Shown here piece by piece: positions 11,131-23,329 of a DNA stretch of 64,000 nt; the first letter of the stretch is position 1; the number at the start of each line of letters is the position of its first letter. A model generated the notes under the pieces. It made no database searches, was not told the origin of the DNA, and saw only the letters and a list, made by a program, of their open reading frames with translations. A program made the position numbers and the translations under genes. Location of the stretch: positions 14,880,001-14,944,000 of the forward strand of contig NC_082730.1 in assembly GCF_030144855.1 (NCBI RefSeq), read 5' to 3'. The DNA comes from Hypanus sabinus. Taxonomy: Eukaryota.

Positions 11131-13284
11131 CTATCATAACCCAAGCATTCCTGCTACAGAAAAACCATTACCTCAGCATTACAGAGAAGCCATTACATTC
11201 TCCCCCCCCCCCACCCCACCAAATTTAGTCATGTCCTCATGACATTGAGATCATTCGCCAACACTTCCTGCAAAACACAAAGGTCAATCTAGGTGCAAAA
11301 GGCAGTGACATAGCTCCCCAAAACAGTAGATACCACGCCCTGTTCCCCAGGCGCTACATAGGCCAACCTATCTGGTAGTTTCCTAATTCTCTGAGACTTC
11401 CATACCTCCTCACCTAACTCTTCAGGCTCAGGTACTGCTGGGGATATCTCGGCTCTGCTTGGCGAATCCTCCTTCAACCTACCACTCAGGCCCCTCTGCA
11501 ACTCGGATCCCCCTGTCCCATGTCCAGGCCCTGCCTCCTCTTCTTCAGGGTCCTGCTGTACTCCAGACTGTCCACAGGTAGCCCATCCCACTTCCCCTGA
11601 CTCAGTGGGAGAAGGGCCAGGAGTCATCTCCTCAATCAATGGAGAGTTAGCGAAAGGCAGCATGAGTCACACGTCCAAATCATCACCCTCTGAATCAGTA
11701 TCCCTCTCAGGGGTGGGCCCTGGCCCAGCCTCTCCCGCTGTGGGCCCTGCAGTCTCCCTATGTTTTCACAGAGTCCTCTTACCAGGTGTAGGCTCTAAGT
11801 CAGGCTCCGGGTCTACCTGCAACTCTTGTCCCAGGGGTAACAGGTGGTTCCGATGAAGAATCTTAACAGGTCCATTCCCTCCTCTGGTTTCACCTGGAAC
11901 TCTGGTAGGTTTGTCTTCTGACTTTCACACCTCTTACTACCCCAGCCTCCAACCCTTCCAACTTTCAACCAATCTCTGTCGCTTTTCATCATCAGAGCAC
12001 TGCCACTCAACTAACAACTGAGAGATGTGCTCCAACCATGTCTCATACTCCTCTTCCCCCTTGGGGGTGAGTGTTATTCCAGAGAAAATTGTTAGCATCT
12101 GGCGGGGACCTGCTGCCTTATTCACCAGGGAGGTAAGGGCTGATGCCAACTCAGAACCATTACCCTTCACTGGGGGACGGGGAATTATTAAACTTTCCAA
12201 ACCCGACCACTCTTTCCCCTCATTCCTCAGAAATGATAGGACCCTGTCACTGAAATCCCAACTGCAGGCAACTCAGCTTGTGACCCAGCCTGCTGGGCTC
12301 CCTTCTCTTCCTCCCTGACAGTATGGACATGCCATGGCCCCGCCTCACCTGGGTCACCAATAGACGCTGGCAGCCCCACTGTTGTTATGTCAGAGCTAGT
12401 CTGAACTAAAACAAGGTCTGAGTCCACCATTTTATCAAACTTCTGTGCTACGATTTCAAACTCGCCAACAGCTTTAACCATATTCAAACATCGAATTAAC
12501 AATTCATCTGGGGTACGAATATCCACCCCACTCAACACACATGCATTACTAACCGCAATCCCACAGAGCCACACCATTGCTATAATCCAGCGGCATCCAT
12601 ACCAGCAGAGATTTACAGATTTAAACAGGGCAGTCACACAGCAGCAAACCGAAACAGTCCCGAAACTGAATTGAGCCCCCACAATTGTAACCCTCAGGCT
12701 CACCCAGATCACGTTGGTCTAGGGAAATCAGCTTTCAGCCCCACCAAACTGGGTATTCATGTTTGTGTGGATGCTGTGTAATGTACTCCCAATTACAAAC
12801 CCACAATGAAAAATATAAGACAGTACACCATATGCAATTAAATGATAGACTTTATGATACTTAATCTGAATAAAAGATTAGTATGAAAATAAGCAAACAA
12901 AATAAAATGCCCAAATTAAAGTCACAATATTGTTGGAGCTCACTCAGCAGGCATTCCTCCATCATAAATTTCCACTGAACGTCGCCGACCATCGGACCCT
13001 TGGATACCGGTATACGCCATCCGGTGGTTTACCAGCGCTCTCCACAAGTGTCATTCCTCTTCCTCTCTCCTCAACGAAAACCCATAAAAACCCTGGCTCC
13101 CAGACACACAAGAAAGAATAACATTTCTCTCATTGGATTGCACTGAATTCCAAAATCCTGTTATTTCTAGTCACAACCCAAACATTCCTGCTACAGAGAA
13201 ACCATTACAGTACCTCAGCAGCAAGCATTACAGAGAAGCCATTACATTAGCCTTAGCAGATAACATTACAAAGAAGCCATTACA
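11131..13284 (-). mobile_element. Internally deleted Ty3/Gypsy LTR retrotransposon with PNMA-like gag
   Basis: 5' LTR TGTAATGG..GGTTACA at 13284-12686 (599 bp), then TGGGGGCTC (first 9 nt of a tRNA-Pro PBS, 12681-12673). Disrupted gag (NACVLSGVDIRTPDELL..GPWHV; PKGEEEYETWLEH..WQCSDDEKRQRLVES) is joined to an integrase C-terminal remnant, followed by a polypurine tract (11220-11198) and a 3' LTR stub (11197-11131). No RT seen. Confidence 0.85.
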
Positions 13285-13866
13285 TATGTCAATAATTTGA
13301 AAAATGTAATTGATAGCTATGTTGCAATGTTTGCAGATGATATGAAGATAGGTGGAGGCACAGGTAGTTTTGAGGGAGCAGAGAGGCTATGGATGGACTT
13401 TGATAGATTTGTAGAACTGGAAAATAAATGTTAGATGGAAGTGTATGGTCATGCAATTTGGTAGAAGCAATAAAAAGTAGACTATTTTCTATATGGAGAA
13501 AAAAATAAATACTAAAAACTGAAGTGCAAAGGGATTTCAAAATCTTTATGGAGGGTTCCCTCAAGGTTAATTTGCAGGTTGAGTTTGTGGTGAGGAAAGC
13601 AAATGTGATATTTGGAATATAAAAGTAAAGATGTAACTTTGAGACTTTCTGAAGCACCAGCAAAGCCTCACTTGAAATATTGTGAGCAGTTTTGGGTCCC
13701 TCATCTCAGAATGGATGTGTTGAAACTGGAGAAGTTTCAAAGAGGATTCACAAAAATGGTTCCAGGATTGAATGGATTATCATATGAAGAGCGTTTGATG
13801 GGTCTGGGCCTGAGTTCAGTAGAATTCAGAAGAATGAGGAGTGACCTCATTGAAACATATCATATC
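13285..13866 (+). mobile_element. CR1 RT fragment, target of the Gypsy insertion
   Basis: YVNNL..IDSYVAMFADDMKIGG..PHLKYCEQFWVPHLRMDVLKLEKFQRGFTKMVPG. Confidence 0.8.
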
Positions 13867-13869
13867 AAG

Positions 13870-14310
13870 TGTATCCTCCCATAGCTATAACATCTTACGT
13901 TCCCCAGTGCAGGTCGTGACAGAGACAGGTGATGTGCTCTGCTGTGCCCGCCAGGTTGGGAAGCCTGGTACGTTCGCTCCGTCGGGGCACCAAGGTCCTC
14001 CCTCAGGTCTCATCTCACGAGCCCGGTATGGGGCAGGCATACTGCTCGGTCCTGGACTTATTACCCATATTTTAAGGCACTCTATGCAATATCGTAGTTC
14101 TTCAATCTCGTCGTCAATTTCACATCCCACTCCTGACACCAATGTGGCGAACATTTGGTTCACAATGACAGATGAGGATACTCATTGAACTCGACAACCA
14201 TTGTAATGTGATAAACACAAAACAGGCTGGGAACCATGAGCCGGAGAGTGAACCCAAACAGCCTCATACAGACGGGGGAAGTAACCATCACACAATCCCC
14301 CCCTGTTACA
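13870..14310 (-). mobile_element. Second LTR retroelement fragment (168-bp LTR, tRNA-Leu PBS, truncated gag-like start)
   Basis: The minus strand begins TGTAACAGGGG at 14310 and ends ..CGCCACA at 14143, followed by TGGTGTCAGGAGTGGGAT (14141-14124). Left boundary approximate. Confidence 0.65.
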
Positions 14311-14469
14311 GTTAGTGTGACCCACAAATGCACAAGCAAATAACTGTATAATCCAAGCTAAACTGTAACAATAAATGAACTGAAACTTCCCACCATAATC
14401 ACATGAAAACATTCTAACACAAGAGCAATAAATAGTGCTGGTCATCAGAAATTCAGGGGCGGTGTACCA

Positions 14470-15340
14470 ATATTATGATCAGCTTTTCTTAAGGTTCTTT
14501 TACCTTCAGCTCTCGAATAAATTCTGATTCATTGCACAACACCCAATCCAGAATTGCTGATCCCCCAGTGAGCTTAGCCAATGGCTGCTTTAAAAAGACA
14601 TCCCAGAGGCTCTCTATAAATTCCCTATCCTGGAATCCAGCACCAGTCTGATTTTCCCAATCTACCTGCACATTGAAGTCTCCCATGACTGGTGTAACAT
14701 TCACGAGAAAATCTGTAGATGCTGAAAATCTGAGCACCACACCCAAGACAATGGAGGAACTCAGCAGACCGGGCAGCATCTATGGAAAGAAGTGCAGTCA
14801 ATATTTTGAGCCCACAGATGCTGCCTGGCCAGCTCAGTTCCTCCAGCCTTTTTGGCATGCATTTTCTATTTCCTGTTGTAACTTGCAGACCACCTCCTTA
14901 CTACTGTTTGGGGGTCTGTATACAACTCCCATCAGGGTCTTTTTACCTTTGCAGTTCCTTAGCTCTATCTACAATTGATTCAAGACTGTTCAACCATATG
15001 TCACCTATTTCTAATGATTTGATTTTATGTTTTACCAATAAAGCCACCTCACCCTATCTTCCTTCCTGCTTGTCCTTTCAATACAATGCGTATCCTTGGA
15101 CATTCAACTGCCAGCTAAAATCTTTTATCAGCATGATTTGGTGAAGCCTACAACATCACACCTACCAATCTGCAACTGTGCCTCAAGATCATCTACCTCA
15201 TTTGGTAAACTGCATACATTCAGATATAACACCTTCAGTCCTGTAATCCCCTTTTCAATCTTGTCTGCCTTTTACTTTACAACTCATCCCATTGATATAT
15301 GTCCTAATCCGAATATTTTAGCTCTTCTCAACATTTAATT
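14470..15340 (-). mobile_element. CR1 endonuclease-region fragment interrupted by a ~170-bp insertion
   Basis: MGDFNVQVDWENQTG..FIESLWDVFLKQ..AILDWVLCNE..LKVKEP. Insertion at about 14690-14865. Confidence 0.7.
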
Positions 15341-16044
15341 TGATTTTTGGGAACTGTTTAAATGTTTCTCTCTTGCTAAATATAGCTAAAAGCTTTGCAG
15401 ATTGTCACTTCCCACTCCCCCGTTGTGGTTTTCGATCAAACCCCCTGTTGCTTTCTTCCTCATTTTTATTTTGCAGTTATTTCTCTCTGAGGACAGATAG
15501 GTCCTGGCTGGGTCTCCATGAATAAAATGATGTGGACCTCATTTCTTCTGATTGGTTTCCTACCTGGTGAGTAACAAACTGTGCTGGATATTTGCATAAT
15601 CAGTTTTGGTTTGGGAGTCGTAGTCCATTTTCAGAACAGTACTTGAATACCTGGAGACACGAAAGACATTGGAAACTGGAGTTCATAATAAGCTCTTGGA
15701 GGAAATCAGTGGGTCAAGCAGCTTGTGTCAGAGGGAGGGGAAGCATCAATGGTTCGGTTCGAGACTCTGCATCAAGTGTGAGTGGAGAGGGAGATTGTAT
15801 ACATAGGAGAGGGGGAGGGGTGAGTCTGGGTCCACTAGGTGATCAGGGATTGCGGAGTGCTGAAGCACAGTGGACAAATAGAATGGATGGGGAAAGGGGT
15901 GGAGTTTTGAGAGGGTGAGAAGTGGAAGCAAATAAGGAGAAAAGGGGAATAGGGTGGAGTCAGTCGGGAGAGAATGTGTCCAGATGGAGAAATCGCCTGG
16001 GGCTGTTAAGTGAGAACATCAGGTCTCCTGTTTCTGGAAACTGA

Positions 16045-18340
16045 TTAGGAGGTAGTGACCATAATTTGATAAGTTTTTATCTGCAACTTGAGAAGGATAA
16101 GGGCAGATCGGAGGCGTCAGTGTTGCAATTGAACAAAGGAGACTATCGAGTCATGAGGGAGGAGCTGGCCAAAGTTAAATGGACGGATATCCTAGCAGAA
16201 AAGACAGTGGAACAGCAATGGCAGGTATTCTTGGGAATAATGCACAAGGTGCTAAATCAGTTCATCCCCCGGAGAAGGAAGGATTCAAAGGGGGGAAAGG
16301 GGCCACAGTGGTTGACAAAGGAAGTCAGAGATTGCATAGCATTAAAAAAAAGAAGTATGACAGAGCTAAGGTGAGTGGGAAGACAGATGATTGGGAAATT
16401 TTTAAGGAACAACAGAACTTAACTAAAAAGGCAATATGGGGAGAAAAAATGAGGTACGAATGCAAGCTAGCCAGGAATATAAAGGAGGATAGCAAAAGCA
16501 TTTTTTAGGTATGTGAAGAGAAAGAAGATAGTTAAGAACAATGTTGGGCCCTTGAAGAATGAATTGGGTAAAATTGTTATGGGAAACAGAGAAATGACAG
16601 AAGAATTTAGTAAGTACTTTAGATCTGTCTTCACTAGGGAAGACACAAGCAATCTCCCAGATGTATGGATAGGCCAAGGACATAGGGTAACAGAGGAAAT
16701 GAAACAGATTGGCATTAGGAAGGAAACGGTGATGAGTAGACTGATGGGACTGAAGGCTAACAAATCCCCAGGTCCAGATGTGGTCTGCATCCTAGGGTAC
16801 TAAAGGAGGTGGCTCTGGAAATTGCGGATGCATTGTTAATCATTTTTCAATGTTAATTAGATTCAGGATCAGTTCCTGAGGATTGGAGAATGGCTAATGT
16901 TATCCCACTTTTTAAGAAAGGAGGGAGGGAGAAAAGAGAGAACTATCTTCCTGTCAGCCTAACATCAGTAGTGGGGAAGATGCTAGAGTCTATTATTAAA
17001 GATGAAATAGTGGCATATCTAGATAGCAGTGATAGGATTGGGCCAAGCCAGCATGGATTTACCAAGGGCAAATCATGCTTGACTAATCTATTGGAGTTTT
17101 TCGAGGATGTAACCAGGAAGTTAGACAAGGGAGATCCAGTGGATGTAGTGTACCTCGATTTTCAGAAGGCATTTGATAAGGTCCCACATAGGAGATTGAT
17201 GGGTAAAATCAGAGCTCATGGCATTGGGGGAAGATATTGACATGGATAAAAAACTGGTTGACAGATAGAAAGCAAAGGGTAGCGGTGAATAGGTGTTTCT
17301 CGAAATGGCAGGTAGTGACTAGTGGGGTGCCACAGGGCTCAGTATTGGGACCACAGCTGTTTACGATTTACATCAACGATTCAGATAAAGGCATTGAGAA
17401 TAACATCAGCAAATTTGCTGATGATACTAAGCTGGGTGGCAGTGTGACATGTGATGAGGATGTTAGGAGAATTCAAGGTGACTTGGATAGGCTGGGTGAG
17501 TGGGCAGATATTTGGCAGATGATGTTTAATGTGAATAAATGTGAGGTTATCCACTTTGGGAGTAAGAACAGGAAGGCAGATTATTATCTGAACAGTGTAA
17601 AGTTAGGTAAGGGAGAAATACAAAAAGATCTAGGAGTCCTTGTTCATCAGTCACTGAAGGTGAATGAGCAAATGCAGCAGGCAGTGAAGAAGGCTAATGG
17701 AATGTTGGCCTTTATTACAAAGGGAATTGAGTACAAGAGCAAGGAAATCCTTTTGCATTTGTACAGGGCCCTGGTGAGACCACACCTGGAGTATTGTGTC
17801 CAGTTTTGGTCTCCAGGGTTAAGGAAGGACATCCTGGCTGTAGAGGAAGTGCAGCATAGATTCACAAGGTTAATTCCTGGGATTTGTGGACTGTCTTACG
17901 CAGAGAGGTTAGAGAGACTGGGCTTGTACACGCTGGAATTAAGGAGATTGAGGGGGAATTTGATTGCAACATTAAGATTATTAAGGGATTTCACAAGATA
18001 GAGGCAGGAAACATGTTCCAGATGCTGGGAGAGTCCAGTACCAGAGGGCATGGTTTAAGAATAAGGGGTAGGTCATTTAGGACAGAGTTAAGGAAAAACT
18101 TCTTCTCCCAGTGAGTTGTGGGGGTGTGGAATGCATTCCTCAGAAGGCAGTGGAGGCCAATTCTCTGGATGTTTTCAAGAAGGAGTTAGATATGTACCTT
18201 ATGGATAGGGGAATCAAGGGATATGGGGACAAGACAGGAACCGGGTATTGATAGTAGATGATCAGCCATGATCTCAGAATGATGGTGCAGGCTCAAAGGT
18301 CCGAATGGTCTACTTCTGCACCTATTGTCTATTGTCTATC
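16045..18340 (+). mobile_element. 5'-truncated CR1-clade LINE (ORF2 reverse transcriptase, frameshifted)
   Basis: Motifs GSDHNLI, KSPGPD, WRMANVIPLFKKG, SQHGFTKGKSCLTNLLEFFE, YLDFQKAFDKVPH, SGVPQGSVLGPQLFTIYIND, KFADDTKLGG and YRALVRPHLEYCVQFWSP. Frames break near 16800 and 17237; short CTATTGT tandem tail at the 3' end. Confidence 0.95.
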
Positions 18341-18879
18341 TCACTCTACAGGGACCAGTATGACAATTGACGTTATTGTCTTGTAATCAGTGTCATTCCT
18401 GGGACATTTCAGTGGGGCAATTAGTAAAGAACATTACTAGATCTGGTGTCAAAGGTAAACCAGAGTGGGTAGGGATGAAAGATTTCTGTCCTGAAAGGCC
18501 TTTCCAATCCGGATGGGATTTTGACAGTCTGGTAGTTGATCATTATCATTATTGATATGTGATTTTAATCCAGAAATAATTAATAAATTATCCATATAAA
18601 CTCTCAATGTACCCTCAGAGAAATTGAAATTGCTCCTGGATTTCTAGACACTAAAGTACTAATGACCATTGTTGCACCACCTTCTAATTACACAGAGAAA
18701 TACTTGATAGGTAGAAAATATATACTTCCATCAGAATCAGAGGTCCCGGTTTTAGGTATCATGAGGGGTTTCTTTCTGCAATTTATAAACTTGTCTGTAA
18801 GTGAAGAGTAAATCAGGACACCAGCCTAATGGTGAGATTTGAAACATGATCTCAAATGATCCTACCAACCCCATCTCAA

Positions 18880-19625
18880 TAGGTTTCAATAGGTACATTT
18901 AATATCAGTGAAATGTATACCATGTACATCCTGAAATTCTTTTTCTGAACAAACATCCACAAAAACAGAGGAGTGCCTCAAAGAATGAATGACAGTTAAA
19001 TGTTTGAACACCAAAAAACCCCCAACTCCTCCTCCCATGTAAAAGCAGCAATAAAGCAATGACCCCCCTCCCCCCCCTGCAAGTTCCCTAAAGACTATTT
19101 GTTCACCCAGTAATTTGACATATCACAGGCTCGCTCTCTCTCCCTAATAAGGGAAAAGAGGTGTCCCCGTTTCACAGGTAGAAGGGAGACATAACAAAGC
19201 GACTCGCTGACTTATGGTGTTAGAAGTCTGTTGCTTTGCATTTTCCAAGCCCTGTGCCCAAAGAACTCGGGCTCCTGCATACTCAGCCTGCAGCCAGCTC
19301 GCTGCTTACAATCTTCTGTGTACTCCCACGATGCACCAGACTTGAATCTGCCCGCCTGCAGAGCCACGAAAATCCGGCACCCTGAAGGCATGCTGGTCTT
19401 CCAGGCTGCAACCTTGGCATATCGAAAAGCGACCAGTCGTGAGGACCTGAAAGCAGGTCCTTTTTCCGCCGAGAACTGAATTGAGCATGTAACTTCAGGT
19501 CAGGGACTTCAAAAGAATCTTGAGAGGGATAAAAAGAGTTATCAAAGATAGAAATAGAGCCGTCTCCGAAGATGCGAGCAAAGGAGTTGCCGTTAGGCTT
19601 CGCCTCCAGTTGCAATTTCCTGGAA
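18880..19625 (-). mobile_element. Same element, copy 3
   Basis: Starts AATAGGTTTCAATAGGTACATTTAATATCAG; colinear with copies 1 and 2. Confidence 0.65.
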
Positions 19626-19734
19626 TCTGAGACACACACACAAAAATCTGGGAGCATCCCAAATTAATTCGTTGGGAACTTTGTGTACATTTGAAAGGGT
19701 GATAGGAAGTCATTGGAAGCTTAATATTGCCGCT

Positions 19735-19855
19735 CTCCCTCAGTACTGCAGTGGAAGGTCAGCCCTGGGTTTCTGCTCAGGACTCTGGAGTGGGAAGTGA
19801 ACCCACAATGTACTGACACAGGGGAGAGAGCACTGACACAGTAACAGCACTGACT
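19735..19855 (-). mobile_element. tRNA-derived SINE head (DeuSINE/SacSINE-like)
   Basis: CTCCCTCAGTACTGCAGTGG..CTCTGGAGTGGGAAGTGAACCCACAA; the reverse complement carries a B-box-like GGGTTCACTTCCC. Confidence 0.5.
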
Positions 19856-19997
19856 GCACTTCAGACCAAAATCATTGGCCATGGCAACACATGCCACATG
19901 CTGGACATGACCTGAATGGGTTCTTATCGTTATGTTCAAAAATATTAGTTTGCATTCATTGTTCCCTTCTCCTCAAATTTGAAAATGCCTTCCTCAG

Positions 19998-20318
19998 TTT
20001 CAGGTGCATTGTGGGCAGAGAAATCTGTAAGAGGAGTTGTGGGAAGAGCAACCACAATCGATTGTCACTATCAAGAACACCACCGCTCAAACACAAAGTA
20101 TTGGTGCAATGGATGGACTCCACTATGTTCAATTGTGGTGGAAACAAAAGGGCATCACGGACGGAGGGGACGAGTGTCAATCACAGATAACCCGGAACAG
20201 GGAATATTTACTGTTACTATGGAGGATCTTCGCTCCGGAGATACAGGATGGTACAGCTGTGGAATTATAACACCAGGTCTTGATACAAGATATTATTTAC
20301 ATCTACAAGTATCTGAAG
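19998..20318 (+). CDS. Ig V-type exon V2, CD300/pIgR-like receptor
   Basis: CCTTCCTCAG acceptor, G|GTAGGT donor, 321 nt. Reads SGALWAEKSVRGVVGRATTIDCHY..KYWCNGWTPLC..GRVSITDN..FTVTMEDLRSGDTGWYSCG. It is the only V exon retaining the canonical KYWC Trp. Confidence 0.92.
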
Positions 20319-20668
20319 GTAGGTTTCTCAGTGACTGACTTTGCACCATCAGTTAAATAAATGTATCATCCATGTTTCCTCTGGGAAAGGTCAGAGCATT
20401 AGATGTCCTGGGAAATGACAATGTGCCGATCCCAGGGTTAATCTTGTAGAATGGAGAAAAGCCCATCTCATGGATGTGTCTGTAGAACAACAAACTCCTC
20501 CTCCTGCTCAGCCTCAGCACAGAGTACAAGATCTTTGTCCAGACCCTGTCCATCCCTCACTACTTTTGCATTAAAATCAGTGCCAAAGTTTCCCTCTTTA
20601 TGGCAGGTTATTTTCTCATGAAAGCCAAAAAGCATGTGACGGATATCTCACAAGTTGCTGCCTTTAAG

Positions 20669-21209
20669 CATTCAGTGGCCACTTTATTAGGTGCCTCCCA
20701 TAACTATTAAATAGGCCACTGAGTGTATATTCCTGGTCTTCTGCTGCTGTGACCCACTCACTTCAAGATTCAGATGCTCTTTTGCACGCCATCGTCATAA
20801 TGCATGGTTATTTGAATTCCTGTCATCTTTCTGTCAGGTGAACCGGTCTGGCCATTCTCCTCTGACCTCTCTCATTAAGAGGGCATTTTTGCTCACAGAA
20901 TTGCTGCTCACTTTTTGTTTTTGCACCATTCTGTGTAAACTCTGGAGACTGTTGTGCATGAACATCCAAGGAGGTCAACAGTTTCTGAGATACTCAAACC
21001 TCCCCATCTGGCACCAACTATTATTCCATTGTCAAAGTCACTAAGAGCACATTTTCTCCCCATTCTGATGTTTTGCTTAAACAACATCCGAACGTCTTGA
21101 CCATGTTTGCATGTTTTTATGGACTGTGTTGCTGCCACATATTGACTAATTAGATACTTGCATTAACGACTAGGTGAACAGGTGTACCTAATAAAGTGGC
21201 AGAAGAGTG
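20669..21209 (-). mobile_element. Tc1/mariner deletion derivative in the V2-C2 intron
   Basis: Imperfect TIRs CAGTGGCCACTTTATTAGGTGC and GTACCTAATAAAGTGGCAGAAG. Internal ORF LSDFDNGIIVGARWGGLSISETVDLLGCSCTTVSRVYTEW matches a Tc1 transposase N-terminal HTH; no DDE domain. Confidence 0.85.
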
Positions 21210-21261
21210 CTTGATTTTCAGATGTTCATTCAGTGTTTGAATGTTTAATTGTTTCTCACAG

Positions 21262-21582
21262 AACCCGTGTCCGTTCCTGTGCTTCGATATCTGTCACCAG
21301 CAAATGTCTCACGTCTCGGGGGCTCAGTGTCAGTTTCCTGTGAGTCCCTCCAGGGATCCCTTCCCATTCAGTACAGCTGGTATGAACAAACCTCATCTGG
21401 GTATCGAAAGGTATCAGGCACCAATGAACTGGCTCTGCATTGTCAATCATTCAACCAGCAGCACCATCAATATTACTGCAGAGCCTCGAATCAGCATGGA
21501 GCAAGATCCAGTGGAATGATTAAAGTGACAGTCTTCAACAACAGAGAGATCTGCAGTTACGTGACAGAAATCGATGGCACCA
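21262..21582 (+). CDS. Ig C2-type exon C2
   Basis: GTTTCTCACAG acceptor, A|GTAAGT donor, 321 nt. Reads EPVSVPVL..VSCES..GSLPIQYSWY..LHC..YYCRASN..EICSYVTEIDGT. Confidence 0.88.
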
Positions 21583-21889
21583 GTAAGTTCTCCTTTCAAG
21601 GGAGGATTCATTTAAATATTTCTTTTTGTTACTTTGTTACTGCTGCTCTTATACTTCTAGTGAGGGTAGGGAATTACTTTGCATTTGTAGAAGCTACACA
21701 TTGCAGCCTCCATGGGGTAGAAATAAAGTGCCGAGAACAGTTAAGTCTGGCACTTCCTCCTGGAAGATGTGGAGCATCTCAAACATAGTTGCACTTGTGA
21801 CTTCTGAATTGAAGATGTGAGAATGGGTGTCATGTTGTGAGACAGTGACACTGTCATATAAACAAAAGGAAGAACTCTGAAGAAGGCAC

Positions 21890-22620
21890 AACCATATGAA
21901 AGAACTTCGAGAATGTCAGGGGGCTAGAGTGAGTGCAGTTGCTACTAAGGAGAAGGTGCTTGGGAAGCTGAGAGGTTTGAAGGTCAATAGGTTGCCTGGA
22001 CCAGATAGACTGCACCCCAGCGTTCTGAAAGAGGCAGTTTAAGAGATTGCGGAGGCATAAGAAGTGATCTTTAAAGAATAACTAGATTCTGGAATGGTTT
22101 TCTAGGACTGGAAAATTGGGAATGTTCTTCCACTCTTTAAGAATAGAGGGAGGCAAATGAAAGGGAATTATAGACCAGTTAGCCTGACTTCAGTAGTTGT
22201 AAAGGTGTTGGAGTCCATTATCAAGGATGAGCTTTCTGGTTACTTGAAGGCACATAATTAAGTATGGTTTCATACAGGGGAAATCTTGCCTGAAAAGTCA
22301 GTTAAGATTCTTTGAGGGAATTACAGGCAAGATTGACAAAGGTGTCTGTGGATATTGTTTACTTGGTGTTTTAGAAGGCCTTTAATGAGATGCCACACTG
22401 GAGGCTGCTAAAGAAGAAGCCACAGTGGTACTGGAAAGATTTGAGGATGATTAGAAGATTGGATGACTGGCAGGAGGCAAACAGGGTGAACAAAATGGTG
22501 CCATTCTGTTTGGCCGTCAATGACTCAAGGTTTTCCTCAGTGGTCTGTATTGGAACCGCTTCATATCAGTGATTTGGATGACAGTATTGATGGCTTTGTG
22601 GCCAAGTTTGGGGAAAATAA
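21890..22620 (+). mobile_element. Degraded CR1 RT fragment
   Basis: CCTGGACCAGATAGACTGCACCCCAG, AATTATAGACCAGTTAGCCTGACTTCAG and other homologues of the intact CR1 motifs, with many stops. Confidence 0.75.
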
Positions 22621-23329
22621 AGTCAAAGTCAAAATTTGAAGAGTTTGTTTTCCATTGATCCTGTTTCCAGTTACTGTTCTGTAGATTTGCTAAGCATGCC
22701 CGCAGAAAAAGAATCTCAGGGTTATATGTGGTGAGAAGTGCACACTCTAATAACAAATTTTTACTTTGACTTTGATGAAGGGGTATCTCATTGAATCCTA
22801 TTGAATATTGAAAGGACTAGAAAGAGTGAATTTACAGATACGAACATGGCTGCTGCATTTCATGATTCAGAACAGCATAATAAAAATTCAAAACTCTTAT
22901 GAAACACTACAGCAATGCCTGTTGTAGGTGAGGGAAAGGCCAGTGTTCAACTTCTGTTCTGAAAGGCTGAAATATCTCTGTCCTGAACTGAGGCTGTGGC
23001 CTTCAATTAATTGGCTCCTAAATCGGCTGCAGTGATGACTGGCTTTGTGTCTGTGACTCATTTTCACAAAGTTCAGTTCTGAATGTCATTTGCTTACTTT
23101 TATGGTTTGCACGATTTTTTTTTCCTGCACATTCGGTGTTTGACAGTTTTTTTTCTAAATGGGTTCCATTTGGTTTCTTTGTTTTGTGGCTGCTTGTAGG
23201 AATATGAATCTTGAGTTTGTATATAGCATACATACTTTGATAATTAATGTACTTTGAGTTTTAAAATTGAAGTGTTATCTGATTGGTTGAGACAATAAGC
23301 AGTCACACTTTTGCAATGAAATAGAATTC

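Noticed and set aside
16045-18340. Long RT ORFs as a host gene or active element
   Set aside because: Ordinary 5'-truncated CR1 with stops and frameshifts.
18770-18810. MRGFFLQFINLS followed by GTAAGT as a leader for V2
   Set aside because: The strong donor is phase 0, incompatible with the V exon; the phase-1 alternative (GTGAAG) is poor.
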